The position numbers and the translations under genes are program-made. Under the pieces are notes generated by a model, which saw only the letters and a program-made list of their open reading frames with translations, was not told the origin of the DNA and searched no databases. A stretch of 64,000 bases of DNA from positions 160,001 through 224,000 of the forward strand of contig JAWLHY010000007.1 in the NCBI GenBank assembly GCA_041690135.1. Reading direction: 5' to 3'. Each line of letters opens with the position of its first letter. Within the stretch, counting starts at the first letter, position 1. Origin of the DNA: Armatimonadota bacterium (GTDB taxonomy: Bacteria > Armatimonadota > SYMT01). Of this stretch, positions 58,696-64,000 are shown one piece after another.

Positions 58696-59727
58696 TTACA
58701 CAGGGGGCGGGTTGCGTTCCACGAAACCCCGCTGGTGCCAGTAAGGGTAAGGCTTGGTCACGGTGCTGGCGCCATCCAGCCGGGCCACCTGCTCCGCGGT
58801 GAGGTTCCAGCCCACGGCCCCCAGATTCTGGCGGAGCTGTTCTTCGTTGCGGGCGCCGATGATCACGGTGGAAACAGTGGGCCGCTGGAGCAGCCAGTTC
58901 AGCGCCACCTGCGGAACCGTCTTGCCGGTCTCCTGCGCGACTTCTTCAATGGCATCCACCACCTGGTAGAGATACTCCTCGGTAACGGGCGGTGCTGCCT
59001 CGCGTTGCCGCTCGTTCTGGAGGCGACCGCTCTCCGGAACGGGCTGGCCGCGCCGGATCCTGCCGGTCAGGCGTCCCCAGCCGAGGGGGCTCCAGACCAC
59101 CGCGCCGACCCCCTGGTCGATCGCCAGCGGCATCAACTCCCACTCGTAGTCCCGTCCGATCAGCGAGTAATAGGCCTGGTGAGCCACGTACCGGGCGTAG
59201 CCGTACTTCTCCGAAACGGCCAGCGACTTCATCAGGTGCCAGCCGGAGAAGTTCGAGCAGCCGATGTACCGGATCTTGCCGCTGCGGACCAACTCATCGA
59301 GCGTGGCCAGGGTCTCCTCCACCGGAGTGAGCGCGTCAAAGCCGTGGAGCTGATAGAGGTCGATGTAGTCCGTTCCCAGGCGCCGCAAGCTGGCTTCCAC
59401 CGCTTCGATCAGGTGACGCCGGGAGGTGCCGAGGTCATTCGGTCCCGGCCCGGTGCGGAAGGCGCCTTTGGTGGAGATCAGGACCTGCTCGCGCCGTCCG
59501 CGGATCGCCTGCCCCAGCACTTCCTCCGCCCGGCCGTTGGAGTAGACATCGGCCGAGTCGAACATATTGAGCCCGGCTTCCAGGCAGATATCGACGAGCC
59601 GCGTCGCCTCTTCCGCCTGCGTAGCGCCCCACGACTGGAAGAACTCACCACTGCCGCCGAACGTACCGGTGCCCAGGCATAACACGGGCACTTTCAGACC
59701 GGAATTCCCGAGTCTCCGGTTCTCCAT
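58696..59727 (-). CDS. Aldo/keto reductase
   Basis: LCLGTGTFG, FDSADVY, STK, YIDLYQLH, GCSN, WSPL. Confidence 0.95.
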   Translation of the reverse strand: MENRRLGNSGLKVPVLCLGTGTFGGSGEFFQSWGATQAEEATRLVDICLEAGLNMFDSADVYSNGRAEEVLGQAIRGRREQVLISTKGAFRTGPGPNDLGTSRRHLIEAVEASLRRLGTDYIDLYQLHGFDALTPVEETLATLDELVRSGKIRYIGCSNFSGWHLMKSLAVSEKYGYARYVAHQAYYSLIGRDYEWELMPLAIDQGVGAVVWSPLGWGRLTGRIRRGQPVPESGRLQNERQREAAPPVTEEYLYQVVDAIEEVAQETGKTVPQVALNWLLQRPTVSTVIIGARNEEQLRQNLGAVGWNLTAEQVARLDGASTVTKPYPYWHQRGFVERNPPPV

Positions 59728-59757
59728 TCTCAATACCTCTCTTCCGTAACTTCAGGA

Positions 59758-60198
59758 TCAGCTCGCGCCGCCGCCCAGCGCCGGTACCTCGCGAGCTTCC
59801 GAAGTATCGCTGGACACCGCCTGGGAAATGACCTCGGTGGCCACCGCATTCAGGTGTTCCTGGAGCGCTTCGTCTAGCGCGAGATACTCGGGCCAGAGGG
59901 TCTCGTCGACGAAGGACTTCGGCACTCTAGCCATCACGGTAGTATAGCGCTGTCGGTAGTAACGGTACGGCTCGATCCCGTAACGGCGCAGGAGCGCCAC
60001 GAACAGCCGGCGCGACCACTGGTTCTCGAAAGTGAAACGGTACTCGATGGCCGGGTCCTGTTCCTGTAACTGACGAAGCCGCTCCAGGATTCGCTCCATG
60101 GCATGGCCGGCGGCCTGCCGTTCTCCCGGAGTGGCGGCACCCGCAAAGAGCGCCTCAATCCGCTTGAGCTTCTCGATCAGTTGCTGAGGATCCGACAA
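59758..60198 (-). CDS. Hypothetical protein (DUF2786-like N-terminus)
   Basis: LIEKLKRIEALFAGAATPGERQAA; AAGGAG RBS. Confidence 0.75.
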   Translation of the reverse strand: MSDPQQLIEKLKRIEALFAGAATPGERQAAGHAMERILERLRQLQEQDPAIEYRFTFENQWSRRLFVALLRRYGIEPYRYYRQRYTTVMARVPKSFVDETLWPEYLALDEALQEHLNAVATEVISQAVSSDTSEAREVPALGGGAS

Positions 60199-60201
60199 GC
60201 A

Positions 60202-61179
60202 CTACTCCTTTGGGCGTGCGGCGAGGGCGAGAGTAAACTCCAGCCTGCGGGCACCGGGCCGGTAACCGAGGCGCCGGTTGATGTTCACCATGGGGGAATT
60301 ACCGACCTCACTGGAGGTGTAGAACCACCTCACGCCCTGGTCCCGAGCCCAGGCGAGGGTTCGCAGTTTCAGTGCCGGGGCGATGCCGCGCCCGCGATGG
60401 GTGGAGGCTACTCCCGTGTAATCGTTCTCGGCGGCGTCTTCGGAGAGCCGGTCCAGGTATGTCATACCGACCGGCCGGCCTGCGTCCAGGGCAACCCAAT
60501 GAGTTTCCGCGGAGAGGCCGGGTCCGTCCAGCACCTGCCGTCGCCAGGCGAAGAAGGACTTCCGAAGGTCGTCCGTGTTCGGCGTCTCCTCGCCGGAGTC
60601 GGCCCACACTCGCTGGAGCGCGCGAAGAAACGAATCGTCAACGGAGTCCAACTCGGCCAGGGAGGCGATCCGGATTCCTTCCCGCTCCAGGCGCGCTTCG
60701 ACGCCCGCGTAAGCTTCCGGAGTCGCCTCCGGCAGGTGGAGACGGTACTCCCGGATCTCCTGGCCGGTAGGACGGAAGCCCCGTGCCTTCGCGAACCGTA
60801 CTCCCGAGGGGAAATCCGGGCGCACCCAGGTCAGGAGGCGAGATGCCCCTGCATCCTTCAGCCGGGCCGCAAGCTGGGCAAAGAGCCGGCCGCCGATTCC
60901 CTGCCGCTCGTGGAGTGGATCGACGCGGAGTTCCAGGGAATAGGAAGTGGGATCGCCGGTCCACCACGCCGGGTGGAACTCGCCGACCCCTACCAGCTGC
61001 CCGCAGTCTTCCGCCACCCACACTTCGCCGGCGGGTTCATCCGAGACAACGCTCCGCTCCGCCCGATAGCGTGCGACGGAGAGCGGAGCGCTGTCTGCTT
61101 CCACCCGGTTGTGGAGGGTGACGATTCCAGGATCGTCGCCAGGAACGCGGGGACGTAAGAAAAGAGGATTTTCCGGCAC
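60202..61179 (-). CDS. Tandem-domain GNAT acetyltransferase
   Basis: VDPLHERQGIGGRL and TGVASTHRGRGIA..LK...N.PM..IN..LGY. Confidence 0.9.
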   Translation of the reverse strand: MPENPLFLRPRVPGDDPGIVTLHNRVEADSAPLSVARYRAERSVVSDEPAGEVWVAEDCGQLVGVGEFHPAWWTGDPTSYSLELRVDPLHERQGIGGRLFAQLAARLKDAGASRLLTWVRPDFPSGVRFAKARGFRPTGQEIREYRLHLPEATPEAYAGVEARLEREGIRIASLAELDSVDDSFLRALQRVWADSGEETPNTDDLRKSFFAWRRQVLDGPGLSAETHWVALDAGRPVGMTYLDRLSEDAAENDYTGVASTHRGRGIAPALKLRTLAWARDQGVRWFYTSSEVGNSPMVNINRRLGYRPGARRLEFTLALAARPKE

Positions 61180-61184
61180 CGCGG

Positions 61185-62324
61185 TTACTTCAGGCCGGCG
61201 TCCGCCAGCGCTTTGCGCAGCGCCGCCTCGTTGAAGCCGACCCCCCGCCACAGGACCTTACCGTCCGGACCCACCAGGTAGTTGGTGGGGTAGGCCAGCA
61301 CCCCGTAGGCCTTGCCGAGTGTGTACTGCTCGCCCCGGCCTCCCATCACCACTTTGAACGTGAAGTTATTCTCGGCGATGTACTTCTTCACCCGGTCTTC
61401 CGGGTCGTTCGCGTTCACGGCGATGATTTCCAGGCCCTTCTTTCCCAGTTCGTTGTAGATCTCTTGCAGGTGCGGAAACTCCGCACGACAGGCGCCTCAC
61501 CCATAAAACCAGAAGTTGATGAGGACCGCCTTCTTCTCCTTGAGGGTCTTCTCCAGGCTGAGGAGTTGCCCGCCCGGCTGTGGCAGTTGGAAGTCCGGCG
61601 CTGGTTTGCCCACCGGAACCAGGTTCCCGTCGAAGTTCGGCCGTTCGAAGAGCCGCGCCCCTTCCGGTGGATTGAAGGCGAACTCCGCCGGCTTTTTCGG
61701 CTGGTTCAGCTTGATGTTGGTCAGGGTGTTGGTGGTGACGGCGTTTCCCTCGGGAGTCGAGATCACGATACGGGTCTGGTGAATGAGCCCGTCCCGTTTT
61801 CCAATGGCATAGGTGGTGGACCGGCCCTTTGCGGGTTCGATCTTCACCAGGTCGCACTCGACGCCCCCTACCTTCGCCGTCCCAACGTGGGTGGCTCCGC
61901 TCTTGGGTAGTCCCCGTTCACCGCCGAAGAAAGCGTCCACCTCCGCCTCCCACTGGCCTCGGAGTTCGGTAGGGGCCGGGTCCAGGTCCTCGCGCAAGTA
62001 CTGGTTCGCCTGGGCAATATAGATGTTGTAATGCTTGCCGTCCGCCGCGAACAGGATCGATCCGCCCGCATCCGCGGGTCCCTTGATCTCCACGCGCAGG
62101 AAGTTCGGCTTCATGGCTGCCAGGGAGCCCTGGGACTTCACCTCCGGCTGCCCCGGACCCGCGTTAGTGATACTCAAGGTGGCGCTGTAGCTTTCGGCCG
62201 CGTGCAGTTTCTTCATCGCCCCCCGGAGAAGCTCTTCGCCCCGGGCGTCGGTCCGGCCCGGCACCGCGACCAGAAGGAAGGCAGCCGCACCCAGCACGGT
62301 CGCGCTGGCTTGTCGCCTGTCCAT
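61185..62324 (-). CDS. Predicted selenoprotein: signal peptide + LolA/DUF2092-like domain + TlpA-like thioredoxin domain with UxxC (Sec codon 61497-61499)
   Basis: ORFs 61497..62324 and 61185..61418 are in the same frame; readthrough gives APDFQL...VLINFWFYG-U-GAC-RAEFPHLQEIY...YGVLAYPTNYLVGPDGKV (379 aa). Confidence 0.88.
61470..61486 (-). promoter_or_regulatory. Candidate bacterial SECIS element
   Basis: Minus strand: TGA GGCGCCTGTC GTGCGGA-GTT-TCCGCAC; a 7-bp stem begins at +11 with G in the apical loop. Confidence 0.72.
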
Positions 62325-62473
62325 GCATTCATCCTTCCAGGCCGCGACCGGCCAATCTCGTGAGTGAGAAGGAACGTGCCGCGGCCCCGTCCTTCATCTT
62401 CGACGCGAGGCGGCTTCTACCTGCCGTATAGTGTGAGTTAATCGGCGAATTGGTCGAATGCAGGGCGAGGAGC

Positions 62474-62492
62474 GCGGGCGTCTCGCCCGCCA
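62474..62492. repeat. REP-like palindrome, related to the 58538 and 58595 copies
   Basis: gcgggcg-tct-cgcccgc-ca. Confidence 0.7.
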
Positions 62493-62659
62493 GTGCAACG
62501 CCGCGTAGGTCAAGTGTGCGATCTCCACGGGGTGAGTGCCGGATTGCAAGGCGAGTTGCCATGGACACGACGCTTCGTGGCGGTGATTGTAGCCGGCAGG
62601 TGAGTGCGACTGGATTATTGAACCTACGCCCGATGTTTGCTGGTGCGAGGAGAGTAGTG

Positions 62660-63826
62660 ATGAGAAGCATGACGGCGGCGGCCCTGGGCGCCGCGTTGGC
62701 GGTGGGCGCGGGTCCGGTCCGGAGTGAGCCTGCCCTGGGTGATGTGTCCGCGAAGATGCGGGCCCGCGTCGAGGCGGGCGAAGTGGCGGGCGTGGTCACC
62801 CTGGTGACCGATCCCCGCAAGGTGCTGCACCTGGAGGCGGTGGGAGCGGCGGACCGGGCGACCGGAGCACCCCTGAAGGCCGACTCGATCTTCTGGATCG
62901 CTTCCATGACCAAGCCGATCACCGCCACTGCCGTGCTGATGCTCCAGGAAGAAGGCAAGCTCTCGGTGGACGATCCGGTGGGCAAGTACCTTCCGGAACT
63001 GGCCCAACTGAAGACCCCCGACGGCACGGAGCACCGGATCACCCTGCGTCACCTGCTCACGCACACTTCCGGCATGGGAGAGATCAGCCCCGCCGAGTCG
63101 GCCTCTTGCCGCACCCTCGCGGACACCATCCCGCTCTACGCCGCCAAGCCGCTCAAGTTCACGCCCGGAAGCCAGTGGACCTACTGCCAGTCCAGTATCA
63201 ACACGGCGGCGCGGGTGGTGGAAGTCGTTTCCCGTAAATCGTTTCCCGAGTTCCTCGCCGAGCGCCTCTTCCGGCCCCTGGGGATGAAGGACACGACCTT
63301 TTACCTCACGCCGGAACAACTCCCGCGCCTGGCGAAGTCCTACTCTCGTACGCCGGACGGGAAGCTCCAGGAAGCGCCCAATCGCCTCCTGCAGGGCAAG
63401 AGCCCCACGGACCGCGATCGTTTTCCCGCGGCGAACGGGGGTCTCTTCTCCACGGCCGGGGACTACGGGCGGTTCGCGCGGATGATCCTGAACCGGGGTT
63501 CCTTGAATGGGAAGCAGTACCTCCAGCCGGAGTCGGTTGCGCTGATGACCTCTCTCCAGACCGGCGAGTTGAAGACGGGCTTCACTCCCGGCAACGGTTG
63601 GGGACTCGGCTGGTGCGTGATCCGCGAGCCACAGGGTGTAACGGGGATGCTCTCTCCCGGCAGCTTCGGCCACGGCGGCGCATACGGCACGCAGGCGTGG
63701 ATCGATCCGGTGAAGAAGCTCGCCTTCGTGCTGATGGTCCAGCGCTCCGACTTCCCGAACTCGGACGCCTCCGAACTGCGGCAAGACTTCCAACAGGCGG
63801 CCGTAGACGTCCTTTCACGACGGTAA
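62660..63826 (+). CDS. Secreted serine hydrolase (beta-lactamase / class C esterase family)
   Basis: IASMTK (SxxK), LLTHTSG, PLGMKDT, GGLFST, SFGHGG. Confidence 0.92.
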   Translation: MRSMTAAALGAALAVGAGPVRSEPALGDVSAKMRARVEAGEVAGVVTLVTDPRKVLHLEAVGAADRATGAPLKADSIFWIASMTKPITATAVLMLQEEGKLSVDDPVGKYLPELAQLKTPDGTEHRITLRHLLTHTSGMGEISPAESASCRTLADTIPLYAAKPLKFTPGSQWTYCQSSINTAARVVEVVSRKSFPEFLAERLFRPLGMKDTTFYLTPEQLPRLAKSYSRTPDGKLQEAPNRLLQGKSPTDRDRFPAANGGLFSTAGDYGRFARMILNRGSLNGKQYLQPESVALMTSLQTGELKTGFTPGNGWGLGWCVIREPQGVTGMLSPGSFGHGGAYGTQAWIDPVKKLAFVLMVQRSDFPNSDASELRQDFQQAAVDVLSRR

Positions 63827-64000
63827 TAGGTGCCGCGCCCGAGGGATGACCGGCTTTGTAGGGGCATCGGCTCTGGTTGCCCGCTTCTGAAGTAGATGAG
63901 TGCCTGAAAAAGCGTATCCGAGTCGGTATCCCAGGCTGGCCTGCTGCAACTCGTTGGGCACTGGCTCGGCGGTCGGTATTCGCACGCCTGGACGATGTCG

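Noticed and set aside
63815-64000. Possible 3' end of a minus-strand gene entering from the right edge
   Set aside because: More than one frame is open and none has a recognisable motif, so it cannot be assigned.

Overview
GC-rich bacterial chromosomal window with about 60 protein genes; I found no rRNA, tRNA, CRISPR array, transposase or integrase. The style of the many secreted hypothetical proteins suggests Armatimonadota or a similar soil lineage (inference only). Most of the content is ordinary: split pntAa-pntAb-pntB, nth, two PAS hybrid kinases, SDR, AKR, sulfatase, a GH5-like hydrolase, MFS, CPA2 and MarR regulators. Main highlights: (1) A hidden exported selenoprotein at 61185..62324 (-). 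The ORF track splits it at an in-frame TGA that sits exactly in a TlpA-type U-G-A-C (UxxC) active site and is followed at +11 by a SECIS-like hairpin; the N-terminal domain is LolA/DUF2092-like. (2) A three-gene operon at the left edge: an asparagine-synthase-like ATP pyrophosphatase lacking Cys1, an archaeosine RaSEA-like radical SAM enzyme, and a PrnC-type flavin halogenase absent from the ORF track. This looks like an uncharacterised tailoring pathway. (3) An orphan infC with a non-canonical ATC start. (4) A DUF4242 / SELENBP1-like / MerT-like module with a divergent wHTH-TPR regulator. (5) A redoxin-heme c-PHM-like copper monooxygenase fusion. There are also two single-base frameshifts, one decayed M48 peptidase pseudogene and several REP-like palindromes. 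All family assignments come from motif recognition, not database searches.
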